This document shows positions 8,421 through 16,413 of a stretch of 29,349 nt of DNA, in pieces; position 1 is the first letter of the stretch; each line of letters opens with the position of its first letter. The position numbers and the translations under genes were made by a program. The notes beneath the pieces were generated by a model. It had not been told where the DNA came from, made no database searches, and was given only the letters and a program-made list of their open reading frames with translations. This DNA is from a virus (lineage: Duplodnaviria > Caudoviricetes), in IMG/VR virus record IMGVR_UViG_3300010052_000182, positions 1 through 29,349 of that record; one strand, given 5' to 3'.

Positions 8421-10166
8421 ATGGCTTGGGTACCGTTCGATCCAAAGCAGCCCCCAACGTATTCGGAAGATCCGCTGCTCGCGATCTATCTGGCCAGGGC
8501 GCAGGACGCCAACGCCAACCGTCCCGAGACTTACGGCGAAAGCTACCTTGCGCAGGGCATGTCCGGGGTGAACGGGGGCATCGGAAAGCTCCTCGGAGGG
8601 CCGGTCGATCTCGGTGCAGGCCTGATCAACCTAGGCATCGGTGGGCTGAACCTGATGCTTACGCCCGAGCAGACCCTGGCGGACCAGATCGCCGGCATAC
8701 GACGGGAGCCGCCCCTCAAACCGATCGTGGACCCGGTAGGCGGCTCGCAGATGTTCAACCGCTTCATGGCCGATGTCGGCGCGATCACGCCGGAAACCGA
8801 TGACCCCAGCAAGCAGTTTGTGCGCCGCGCTGGCGAGGAAATTGGCGCTTCGATCGTCCCGACGATGGCCACGATGAGCCGTGCGGCACGCCCCCTTGCC
8901 GCTGCGGCCAAGGAACTCACCCTCGCAGCCGGCGCGGGCATCGGCGCCGCTACTGCGGATCAGCTGGCCCCGAACAACCCTTGGGCCGAGCTTGTAGGAC
9001 AGATATTGGGGACTGTTTCGGCAGCGGGCGCCACCAGGCTCGGCAAGAAACTCGTCACCCCATTTCCAGTTCGGGACCCCACTCAGCTCGGCGCGATGGA
9101 GATGTTGCGACGTGAGGGCATCGACCTTTCCGCGGGTCAGCAAACCGGACACAAGGGCCTGCAGAACATTGAAAGTGAATTGGCCGGTGCCCAGGTGGCG
9201 CAGCTCAGCGAGCAGCAGGCAGAGCAGTTCACCCAGGCCGTGCTCAAGCGGGCCGGCATTAACGCCAGTCGCGCAACCAAAGAGGTGCTGAAGGCTGGTT
9301 ATGAGCGCCTGGGCACCGCATTTGGCGACATCGGCTCGCGCAATGACATCCTGCTGGCAGACGGAAAACTTGGCAAGAAGCTGGGCGAAGCATACCAGAC
9401 GTATGCCAAGAGTACCGCTGAGGCCGATCGTCTGCCGGCGATCGATGACTTCATCATCGAAGCCGTCACGGCGATGAAATCGAAAGGTGGAGGTCACGTG
9501 ATTGATGGAAGTGCCTACGCTAGCCTCAGGACCCGGGTTGGCCTGCTGGCGCATGAGACGGCCGACCGCGCACAGAAATCCGCGCTCCTGGACATCCAGC
9601 GGGCCCTGGACGACGCTATGGAGAGCAACCTTTCCAAGGGAGATATCGACGCGTTTCGGTGGGCTCGCGCTGCGGATCGCGACTTCAGCATTATTGAGAA
9701 GGCGGCATTGCAGGACCCGTCCGGCGGGCTGATCTCACCAGAGGCGTTGCAGAAAGCCGCCGTGGCCGGACAGGGAGATCTCGCAAAGCTCGCCGACAGC
9801 GGCAAGGCCTTGATGACACCCCTGCCGTCCGGCTCAGCACCTAACGTGCGAAATCTGCTCGCAACGGTGCCGGCTGTCGCTGGCGGCACTCTTGGCTACT
9901 ACATGGGCGATGCGAATGGAGCGGTGAACGGAGCGGCGATCGGAGCGTTGGGCGGAGTTGCCGCGCCCTATGCCGCCGGTCGGGCAATCCTGTCGAAACC
10001 GGGACGACGGTACCTCGCTAACCAAGTGCTCAATGGATCACCTTCCGGGTCCAACGGTTTCGGACCGCTCGGTGCCATGCTAGCCGCGCAGACCAGCCAG
10101 ATCAGTCCGTCGCGCGACCCACTGGGCGAGTTGAGTGTGTTAATGCATCAAGCCGGGGTCAATTGA
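8421..10166 (+). CDS. Putative DNA ejection / internal virion protein (extra copy)
   Basis: ~580 aa Ala/Gly-rich helical protein with hydrophobic Gly-rich patches and C-terminal AGRAILSKPGRRYLANQ. GAGG RBS; start 8421 (or 8418). N-terminus shared with the 16413 gene. Confidence 0.6.
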   Translation: MAWVPFDPKQPPTYSEDPLLAIYLARAQDANANRPETYGESYLAQGMSGVNGGIGKLLGGPVDLGAGLINLGIGGLNLMLTPEQTLADQIAGIRREPPLKPIVDPVGGSQMFNRFMADVGAITPETDDPSKQFVRRAGEEIGASIVPTMATMSRAARPLAAAAKELTLAAGAGIGAATADQLAPNNPWAELVGQILGTVSAAGATRLGKKLVTPFPVRDPTQLGAMEMLRREGIDLSAGQQTGHKGLQNIESELAGAQVAQLSEQQAEQFTQAVLKRAGINASRATKEVLKAGYERLGTAFGDIGSRNDILLADGKLGKKLGEAYQTYAKSTAEADRLPAIDDFIIEAVTAMKSKGGGHVIDGSAYASLRTRVGLLAHETADRAQKSALLDIQRALDDAMESNLSKGDIDAFRWARAADRDFSIIEKAALQDPSGGLISPEALQKAAVAGQGDLAKLADSGKALMTPLPSGSAPNVRNLLATVPAVAGGTLGYYMGDANGAVNGAAIGALGGVAAPYAAGRAILSKPGRRYLANQVLNGSPSGSNGFGPLGAMLAAQTSQISPSRDPLGELSVLMHQAGVN

Positions 10167-10213
10167 GGTTGCCGTCCGCGGTGAGAATACGGGCGTTCCA
10201 TGACCGGTCGCCG

Positions 10214-10390
10214 CTACATCGATCGCTCAAAGATGAGTTTCACCAGCGACTGCAATGGACGGACGACGAAGTGGTAAAAGAGTCCGCTGGCAACTATGCC
10301 GAAGAACACCCCGACCGCCACGTTCAGCGCGATCGGGTTGGTGATTCCAAACACGCCGAGTATGGAATAGAAAAACTCCTGAAGTTGCAC
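10214..10390 (-). CDS. Small membrane protein (58 aa), convergent with the ejection-like gene
   Basis: GTG at 10390 with GGGAG upstream; hydrophobic IALNVAVGVFFGIVASGLFYHFVV segment. Confidence 0.6.
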   Translation of the reverse strand: MQLQEFFYSILGVFGITNPIALNVAVGVFFGIVASGLFYHFVVRPLQSLVKLIFERSM

Positions 10391-10488
10391 TGTATCGCTC
10401 CCGTCGTTGCATCGCCAACGATACGGGTGCGTCTTCGGGGCAGCAATGCCTCGCGCTCGTCGTCCCACTGGATGGTGGAGCGCTCTGG

Positions 10489-10778
10489 TTCGGTAAGTCC
10501 TTCAACAACGCGCTGGGGAACAGCGAAACCGCTTCCCATCTTCCCGGTCAACCCGACGTTTCCCCGCGCAATCTAGCGACCTCTATCGAGCCTGTTCACC
10601 GCGATCCCGCGAACAGCGGCGAAAACTGCAGCCAGCATGCGGCCCGAAGCTGTGAGTACTCGTATCGCTGCGACGCAGATGAACCGGCCAACACCGGCCT
10701 ATATCGACCAGTTGATCGCGGCGCGGGCTCTCGCCAACCGCAAGAGCCTTCTCCCGCCGGGCGGCGTCGCGGCAGCGC
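10489..10778 (+). pseudogene. Frameshifted orphan C-terminal fragment, type C, copy 1
   Basis: Translates FGKSFNNALGNSETASHLPGQPDVSP then, after a frame change, SLFTAIPRTAAKTAASMRPEAVSTRIAATQMNRPTPAYIDQLIAARALA; homologous to 12364-12561 and 13096-13293. Confidence 0.65.
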
Positions 10779-10784
10779 GGACAG

Positions 10785-10920
10785 CTACCCCCTCACGTTA
10801 CGAAGCCACATTGCGAGGGACACGCCCAAGCCGCCGCCAACCAGCGCACCCGCAATCACCCGACCCTCAGCCGAGAACCCATCTCTGAACAGGTAGAGGG
10901 TCATCGCAAACCGCAAGCCT
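10785..10920 (-). pseudogene. 3' remnant of a membrane-protein gene homologous to 19001-19138
   Basis: MTLYLFRDGFSAEGRVIAGALVGGGLGVSLAMWLRNVRG* aligns with VMLYLYQEVFSPEGRILAATLVGFGLSVCFLMWLRNVR*. Confidence 0.7.
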
Positions 10921-10939
10921 CGCGGCCACGATCCGCGAC

Positions 10940-11725
10940 GTGGCGCAATCCAATGGGCTGATCTCACGTAAAGGCCGGCTGGACGCCTCGCGTACGCCCA
11001 TCGTGCAGATCATCAAGTCCTTCGACGACCTCGCGGGCCGAAAGATGAGCGTCATGCAGATAAAGGCACTGCGGACCAGGCTCACCGACATTGCGAAAAG
11101 CAGCGACCCCGCCGAACGCCACATCGCCACCCAGATGCTCGAAGAGTTCGACACGTTCACGGACGCGCTGGCCGAGACTCTGAAGACGGGCAACGCACAT
11201 AGTCACAGTGCCGCAAAGGGCGACCTCATCGAAACCGCGATTGAAACTGCAGCCGAGGATGCCAAGCGGCCCAGTGGCACCGCCTTCGCGGACGCCTTAC
11301 GCACCCAATTCAGGGCCCTGCAGCACCAGATCAAAAGAGGCGAGCTTAGGGGGCTAACCGAAGCAGAGATCGATGCGATCAACAAGGTTGCCGATGGCAC
11401 GCCCATCGCAAATGTACTGCGCGGCATTGGACAAATTGCTCCTCCCGGTGCAGTCCCTGCCATGGCCCTTGGCATGGTTGCAGACGAACCCACGCTTGCC
11501 GGGTCGACTGCCATCGCGCTGGGCACGGCGGGGATCGGCAGTCGCGTCACCGCAAATACCTTGACCAAGAACGCCGCTGAATCGGCAGCGTTGATCGCAA
11601 GGAACGGCGGCGTGGCCGTACCGCGCAAGCAACTCACTGCAGAGGAGTTGGCTCTGATCGCATGGCTGCGGCGCGGAGCAAGTCTCGAAGCAGGGCAATC
11701 GCCATTGGAGGCACCAGCGCCGTAG
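10940..11725 (+). pseudogene. Orphan C-terminal half of an ejection-like protein (type B, paralogous to 16413-17972)
   Basis: AKSSDPAERHIATQMLEEFDTFTDAL vs ARSEMPGEAEVAKSMLKQLDSFMDGL; LIETAIETA vs IIETAIENA; LTEAEIDAI vs LSPEDIAGI. GTG start with no clear RBS; lacks the N-terminal half. Confidence 0.65.
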
Positions 11726-11848
11726 GCCTCGATGCGATCCGTCAGAGGCTCGCGTCCCGGGGCCCTGGACCGATTTACCCACGCCACCCCGTCCGGCGGA
11801 ACAGCATGCTCCAGCCGGAGGGTCGTGTCTTTGGACTTGATCGAGTTA

Positions 11849-12061
11849 CTAGGGCCACCATGGCAAGTGCCACCAATCAGGCCACGCCTTGCCAAGGGCG
11901 AAAAATGCGGCCCAGGCGATGACGATCAGAACCCATCGAATGTACCGCAACTCAAAGAGCACCTCCCGATTGTTCTGCCTCATGACCAAGCGCGTCTTGT
12001 CGCCCTCGGACATGCGATCAAAGATCTCTTGTTGGCGCATAAGCTTGTCTTTGCGGGACAT
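11849..12061 (-). CDS. Small membrane protein (70 aa, single C-terminal TM, Trp-rich tail)
   Basis: Charged helical N-terminus then WVLIVIAWAAFFALG; convergent with the 10940 fragment. Confidence 0.6.
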   Translation of the reverse strand: MSRKDKLMRQQEIFDRMSEGDKTRLVMRQNNREVLFELRYIRWVLIVIAWAAFFALGKAWPDWWHLPWWP

Positions 12062-12305
12062 CGTGAGAACATATCCATGTCGAAGCGATCGGCAATATGG
12101 CCACAGGTCCTCAGCGCCGCAAGATGCTTGCGGTCCCCCTACTGCCAGGCCGAGCAGCTTCGACCATCGGCACGGCGGCCAACGACTTCAAGGTCCTGAC
12201 GACGCGTTCAAGGGCCGGTCCGCCGAAGTCGGTCTCGATCCGTCGACAACGGAGAGCATGCTGTGGTCGCTAATGAAGTCAGATTACGGCGAAGCGGCCT
12301 TGCAG

Positions 12306-12362
12306 GCATCAGATCACCGCGAAGAAGCGGACGACACACCAAATGAACACGACCATCGATAC
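12306..12362 (-). repeat. 57 bp copy of the 3' end of the 18116 membrane gene
   Basis: gcatcagatcaccgcgaagaagcggacga(cac/ggc)accaaatgaacacgaccatcgatac, 55/57 identical to 18113-18169; encodes VSMVVFIWCVVRFFAVI*. Confidence 0.85.
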
Positions 12363-12363
12363 G

Positions 12364-12561
12364 GCGACGAACACTGCGGCCCGCATGCGGCCAGAAGCCG
12401 TCAATGCTCGTATTGCCGCGGCGCTGATGAATCGGCCATCACCGGCCTACGTCGACCAGTTGATCGCGGCGCGGGCGCTTGCCAGTCGCCAGGGCCTACC
12501 GGCGCCGGGCGTCGCGGCGGCATTGTCACAGCCTCAATGGCCTGAGATCAGCGGGCAGTGA
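12364..12561 (+). pseudogene. Orphan C-terminal fragment, type C, copy 2
   Basis: TAARMRPEAVNARIAAALMNRPSPAYVDQLIAARALA; clear DNA and protein match to 10625-10750. Confidence 0.7.
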
Positions 12562-12705
12562 TCACCAGTCGAGGTGCTTCAGACTGATAGTGAACGTTCC
12601 GCCGGCCATGAACCCGAACGCGACAATCACCAAGTAGACATGCCGCTCCAAGATGTCGGTCAGAAACCCGAAATAGACCAGCGAAACCAAGTCGCCCGGG
12701 CGGAG
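12562..12705 (-). pseudogene. Short membrane-protein ORF or 3' remnant
   Basis: Manual translation: LVSLVYFGFLTDILERHVYLVIVAFGFMAGGTFTISLKHLDW*; its stop abuts the stop of the type C fragment; no convincing start. Confidence 0.4.
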
Positions 12706-12735
12706 TTACCCCCGGATGCGCCGGCGCGCCCGGCG

Positions 12736-12942
12736 CTAGCGCCATAGGCTGAGGGTCCAGTCCGACAGCGCGAACGCAGGACCCCTAAGTAGCGCGGCCA
12801 CGAACAGCCCCAAGGCGATCCAGGCCGCATACACTGCAAGGCGTGCCAACCCGTCTGGTTGCATCGCCGGCTCACCCGGAAGCGGGTCCGCGCGGTAATC
12901 CTTCGGCTCAAGGTCGATCTGGGGAGGTCGCTTGTCGGTCAC
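12736..12942 (-). CDS. Small membrane protein (68 aa) with N-terminal DLEPxxYR motif
   Basis: PQIDLEPKDYR then a TM segment LAVYAAWIALGLFVAALL; motif shared with 18600-18932. Confidence 0.55.
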   Translation of the reverse strand: MTDKRPPQIDLEPKDYRADPLPGEPAMQPDGLARLAVYAAWIALGLFVAALLRGPAFALSDWTLSLWR

Positions 12943-13095
12943 TGGAGCACCACCGCGAAGTAATCAGGCGTCCGCACGAACCCAGGCCCAGTCGGCCCGG
13001 GTGGAAACAACCGGGCAACGCGATAGAGGACCCGAACCGCACTTGAGATGCCGAGCGCGCGACACGTCCTCAGCGACAAGCTGGTGTCGGCATCG

Positions 13096-13293
13096 GGTCC
13101 GGAGAAAGCTGACCAACTGATTGCGATCCCCTAGCGCGAGACTTGGGTTGGATAAATCCTTCAACTACGTGCCGGGGAACAGCGAAAACCGCTGCCCGCC
13201 TCTGCCGGTCACGCCGACGTTTCCCCCACGCAGTTCAACGGCCCGCCGGCGAGCCTGCTCAACGCGATCGCGCGAACTGCTGTCCGCATGCGC
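13096..13293 (+). pseudogene. Degenerate orphan C-terminal fragment, type C, copy 3
   Basis: GPEKADQLIAIP*RE..DKSFNYVPGNSE/TAARL..DVSP..SLLNAIARTAVRMR with stop and frameshifts; DNA tccttcaac..ggggaacagcgaaa(a)ccgct..ccgacgtttcccc matches 10498-10565. Confidence 0.65.
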
Positions 13294-13329
13294 GCGGCAT
13301 GTCTCCGGTGCTCTACCCAAACCAACCCC

Positions 13330-13371
13330 AATCGAGTATTCCCGATGCCCCCGATCAGCTGGCCTACCGGC
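13330..13371 (+). repeat. Right copy of imperfect direct repeat (contains the live hub start codon)
   Basis: aatcgagtattcccgatgcccccgatcagctggcctaccggc. Confidence 0.8.
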
Positions 13372-14763
13372 ACTGCGCCGGGCGTGAACCCCACCGAAAC
13401 CGGCGGCCGGCTGATCAATGCCATCGCCGAGCGGGCCCCCACGGGGTCGCGCAGCGAGATCGTCTGGCGCCGCGTCGCCGGGCTGATCGCCCGCTTCACC
13501 ACCACGCAGACCGCCATTCGCGGCGCGCTGCTGGTGGGCTCCGTGCTCTATGTCGTCTCCGGCAACCGGGTCTATTCGATCACCTCGAGTTATCTCGTGA
13601 CCGAACTGACCGGCACGGTTGGCGGCAGCGGCCCCGTCACCATGGCGCGCAACATGAAGGCGCCGGTGCCCGACGTGCTGATCGCTCACTCCGGCGGTAT
13701 GTCTTCCATCAATATCTCGACCGCCTCTGTCGCCGTGTTCAGCGATGGCGACCTGCCCTCGGTCAACTCGATCTGTTGGGTCGATGGCTATTTCATCGTC
13801 ACCGCCGAGAACGGGCTCGCCTACCAGTCGGGGCTCAACGACACCAGTTTCGCCTCGGTCGACCGCACCACGGCCGAGGCCGACCCGGACGGGCTCTATC
13901 GCGCCATCGCCTCGGGCAGCGACCTGATCCTGATGGGCACGGCCTCGCTCGAATTCTACGCCAATGCCGGCAACCCCACCGGCTTCGCCTTCAACCGCAG
14001 CGTGGTGGTGCCGATCGGGCTCAAAGCCCCCTATGCGGTGGCCGGGTTCGAGCCGGGCTTTGCCGATACGGTGATCTTCGTCGCCAATGACAACACGGTG
14101 CGCAAGCTCGGGGGTTATGACCCTACCCCGATCTCCGGGCCCGACCTCAACCGGCTGATCGAGGCGGTGACCAACCCCGCCGAGCTGATCGCCTGGGTCT
14201 ACCAGGCCGCCGGCCACGCCTATTGGGTGCTGAGCGGGCCGGGCTGGACCTGGGTCTACGACGTCTCGACCGGCAGCTGGCACGAGCGGCAGAGCTATGG
14301 TTTTGGCGATTGGCGCTGCCGCTATGGCGTCGCCGCCTGGAGCAAGTGGTTCACCTTCGACCTTCAAAGCGGCAAGGCGTTCGAGCTGAGCTCGGCGGCG
14401 CGGCGCGACGGGGCAAACCCGCTGGTCTGGACGCTGCGCTCCAACCAGGCGCACCGCTTCCCCGGCCGCGCTGTGATCCATAAAGCCAGCTTCGATTTCG
14501 AAACCGGCATCGGCATCGACGCCGGCATCTCGCCGATCGAAACCGACCCGGTGGTGCGGATCCGCTGGTCCGACGATGGCGGCCGCAGCTGGGGGAACCC
14601 CTTGACCCGCAAGATCGGCACGCAAGGCGAAGACCTGCCCATCGACATCAACAATGCCGGCCTCACCGGCCGCAAGGGCCGGATCTGGGAGATGAGCATT
14701 TCCGACCCCATCGAGATCGCGTTTTTCGGCGGCGCCATGGATATCGAGGAGCGCGCCGCATGA
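13345..14763 (+). CDS. Packaged-DNA stabilization / tail hub protein (P22 gp10-like)
   Basis: ~470 aa beta-rich; DGYFI, AEADPDGL, YQAAGH.YWVL..P..TWVYD.STGSWHERQS and WSDDGGRSW motifs. Start taken at ATG 13345 (MPPISWP). Confidence 0.85.
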   Translation: MPPISWPTGTAPGVNPTETGGRLINAIAERAPTGSRSEIVWRRVAGLIARFTTTQTAIRGALLVGSVLYVVSGNRVYSITSSYLVTELTGTVGGSGPVTMARNMKAPVPDVLIAHSGGMSSINISTASVAVFSDGDLPSVNSICWVDGYFIVTAENGLAYQSGLNDTSFASVDRTTAEADPDGLYRAIASGSDLILMGTASLEFYANAGNPTGFAFNRSVVVPIGLKAPYAVAGFEPGFADTVIFVANDNTVRKLGGYDPTPISGPDLNRLIEAVTNPAELIAWVYQAAGHAYWVLSGPGWTWVYDVSTGSWHERQSYGFGDWRCRYGVAAWSKWFTFDLQSGKAFELSSAARRDGANPLVWTLRSNQAHRFPGRAVIHKASFDFETGIGIDAGISPIETDPVVRIRWSDDGGRSWGNPLTRKIGTQGEDLPIDINNAGLTGRKGRIWEMSISDPIEIAFFGGAMDIEERAA

Positions 14764-15137
14764 GCACGCCCGACAGCCTGAGGCCGATCCCGCATCCCAG
14801 CGCCCGGCTGGTCGACGCCGACGGGGCGATCGCCAAACCCTGGTACGACTGGCTGAACCAGCTGGCGACAAAACTCGCCGAGCTGACCCCGCTCGAAGCC
14901 AGCGCGACTTACGATCCGCCGCTGCTCGCCGATGGCGCCGGCGCCACCACCGACGTGACGGTGCCGGGCGCGGCGCTCGGCGATTTCGCCACCGCAGCGT
15001 TCTCGCTGACGACGGCCGGCATCACCATCACCGCGTGGGTTACCGCCCCGAACACCGTTTCCGTCCGCTTCCAGAACGAAACCGGCATGCCGCTCGACTA
15101 TGGCAGCGGCAGGCTCACCGCCCGCGTTTACAAATAG
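14760..15137 (+). CDS. Small tail-associated protein (P22 gp26 position)
   Basis: ATGA overlap with the hub gene; IP....LVD..G.I.KPWYDWLN N-terminus then a beta-rich domain. Confidence 0.6.
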   Translation: MSTPDSLRPIPHPSARLVDADGAIAKPWYDWLNQLATKLAELTPLEASATYDPPLLADGAGATTDVTVPGAALGDFATAAFSLTTAGITITAWVTAPNTVSVRFQNETGMPLDYGSGRLTARVYK

Positions 15138-15146
15138 GAGCCTCAA

Positions 15147-15833
15147 ATGGCTGACATTTTCGAAACCATCGGCGACTGGCTGGGGCTCAACAAGGGCAAG
15201 GCCACGCAGAAGGCCGCCGAGCAGAACCGCGGCGTCATCAACCAGCTGGGCAATACCGGCCGGCCGATCATCGAGGGGATCCAGGGGGTTACCGGCGATT
15301 ACCTCGATCTCGGCAAGCTCGGCGCCGGCCGTTACGCCGATGCCATGGGCCTCAACGGCGCCGACGGCTACGCCCGGGCCGAGGAGGCGTTCCGCGCCGG
15401 GCCGGGCTACCAGTTCGCGCTCGACCAGGGGCTCGATGCGGTGGCCCGCAAGGGCTCGGCCATGGGTCGGCTCGATAGCGGCAATACCGATCTCGACCTG
15501 ATGCGCTACGCCACCGGCTATGCCGACCAGGCCTGGGGCAACTGGATGAACGGGCTCTCGGGCTACAACAATATGTACGGCCAGGGCGTCGGCAACGACG
15601 TCGCCGCCCGCGGCCTCGGGCTCGATTTCGAGAGCGGCCTCGCCTCGAGCTACATGGGCGCCAACAACCAGGTCGCCGCCGGCAAGGAAGCCGGCCAGGG
15701 CGCCATGCTCGACGCGCTGGGCGCCGTCGCCGGCATCGCCGGCCGCGCCTTCGGGGGCGGGGCATTTGGCGGCTATGGCGGCTTCGGTGGCAACTCCGTC
15801 AACCCCACCACCAAAATGCCCGCAAGCTTCTGA
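15147..15833 (+). CDS. DNA transfer / ejection protein (P22 gp7-like)
   Basis: Gly/Ala/Asn-rich with PGYQFALDQG..AV and G.L.SG.T motifs; AGGAG RBS; expected position. Confidence 0.75.
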   Translation: MADIFETIGDWLGLNKGKATQKAAEQNRGVINQLGNTGRPIIEGIQGVTGDYLDLGKLGAGRYADAMGLNGADGYARAEEAFRAGPGYQFALDQGLDAVARKGSAMGRLDSGNTDLDLMRYATGYADQAWGNWMNGLSGYNNMYGQGVGNDVAARGLGLDFESGLASSYMGANNQVAAGKEAGQGAMLDALGAVAGIAGRAFGGGAFGGYGGFGGNSVNPTTKMPASF

Positions 15834-15844
15834 GGAGCCCGAAG

Positions 15845-16303
15845 ATGGCACTGAACTACCCCAACTATGTCATTCCGCAGCCCTCGCAGACCAAGCCCAC
15901 CGACCTGCTCGACCTATGGGACCAGGGCGTGGCGCAGGGCAAAGCCGATCGCTACGAGCGTGAAGCGCCGCAGCAGTTCGCGAATGCCGCAGCGCCGTTG
16001 TCGCAGTACGGGCTCACGACGCCGCCCGATCAACTGCGGGCGCTATTCGCCAATCCCGACACGCGGCCGTTTGCCATGCAAATGGTGCAGGAAGCGACAC
16101 AGCGTCGGGCCGATGCCTATGCCTCGCCGGGTCAGCTCGGGGGGACGGCCCGGACGCCGCAGCCCACCGCATCGACCTCTCCCTACGCACCCTACCCTCT
16201 GCCGCGCGAAGCGCGTCCATCGCCGCCGGCCCAAAGGGGTTACGCCTTTACCGGCTTCACCGGCGGTGACTCCTCCAGCCCCGCAAATTGGGAGAGACCC
16301 TGA
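15845..16303 (+). CDS. Short putative ejection protein (gp20 position)
   Basis: GAGGAG RBS; Pro/Gln-rich 152 aa ending GYAFTGFTGGDSSSPANWERP; lies between the gp7-like gene and the large ejection-like gene. Confidence 0.55.
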   Translation: MALNYPNYVIPQPSQTKPTDLLDLWDQGVAQGKADRYEREAPQQFANAAAPLSQYGLTTPPDQLRALFANPDTRPFAMQMVQEATQRRADAYASPGQLGGTARTPQPTASTSPYAPYPLPREARPSPPAQRGYAFTGFTGGDSSSPANWERP

Positions 16304-16413
16304 TGGCCGATCCCCGGGAGAACTTGGCCCTCATTCCCGATCACCGCTCCCGCAGACTCATACGCGCCGCTTTCGGCCCCTCCCTCGCAACCAAAGCTAG
16401 CAAGGTGCAATAA
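16303..16413 (+). other. 36-codon mini-ORF overlapping both neighbours (TGATG and TAATG)
   Basis: MADPRENLALIPDHRSRRLIRAAFGPSLATKASKVQ*; GGGAGAG RBS upstream. Confidence 0.4.

Noticed and set aside
12062-12305. Possible additional + strand tip fragment (LDPSTTESMLWSLMKSDYGEAALQ)
   Set aside because: It fits the alternating pattern, but I found no matching sequence in the window to support it.
13288-13344. Longer hub ORF start (MRAACL...)
   Set aside because: That ATG belongs to the type C remnant; the duplicated junction marks 13345 as the start.
8225-13345. Diversity-generating retroelement or invertase shufflon behind the repeats
   Set aside because: No reverse transcriptase or recombinase in the window, mismatches are not adenine-specific, and all tips lie on the same strand.
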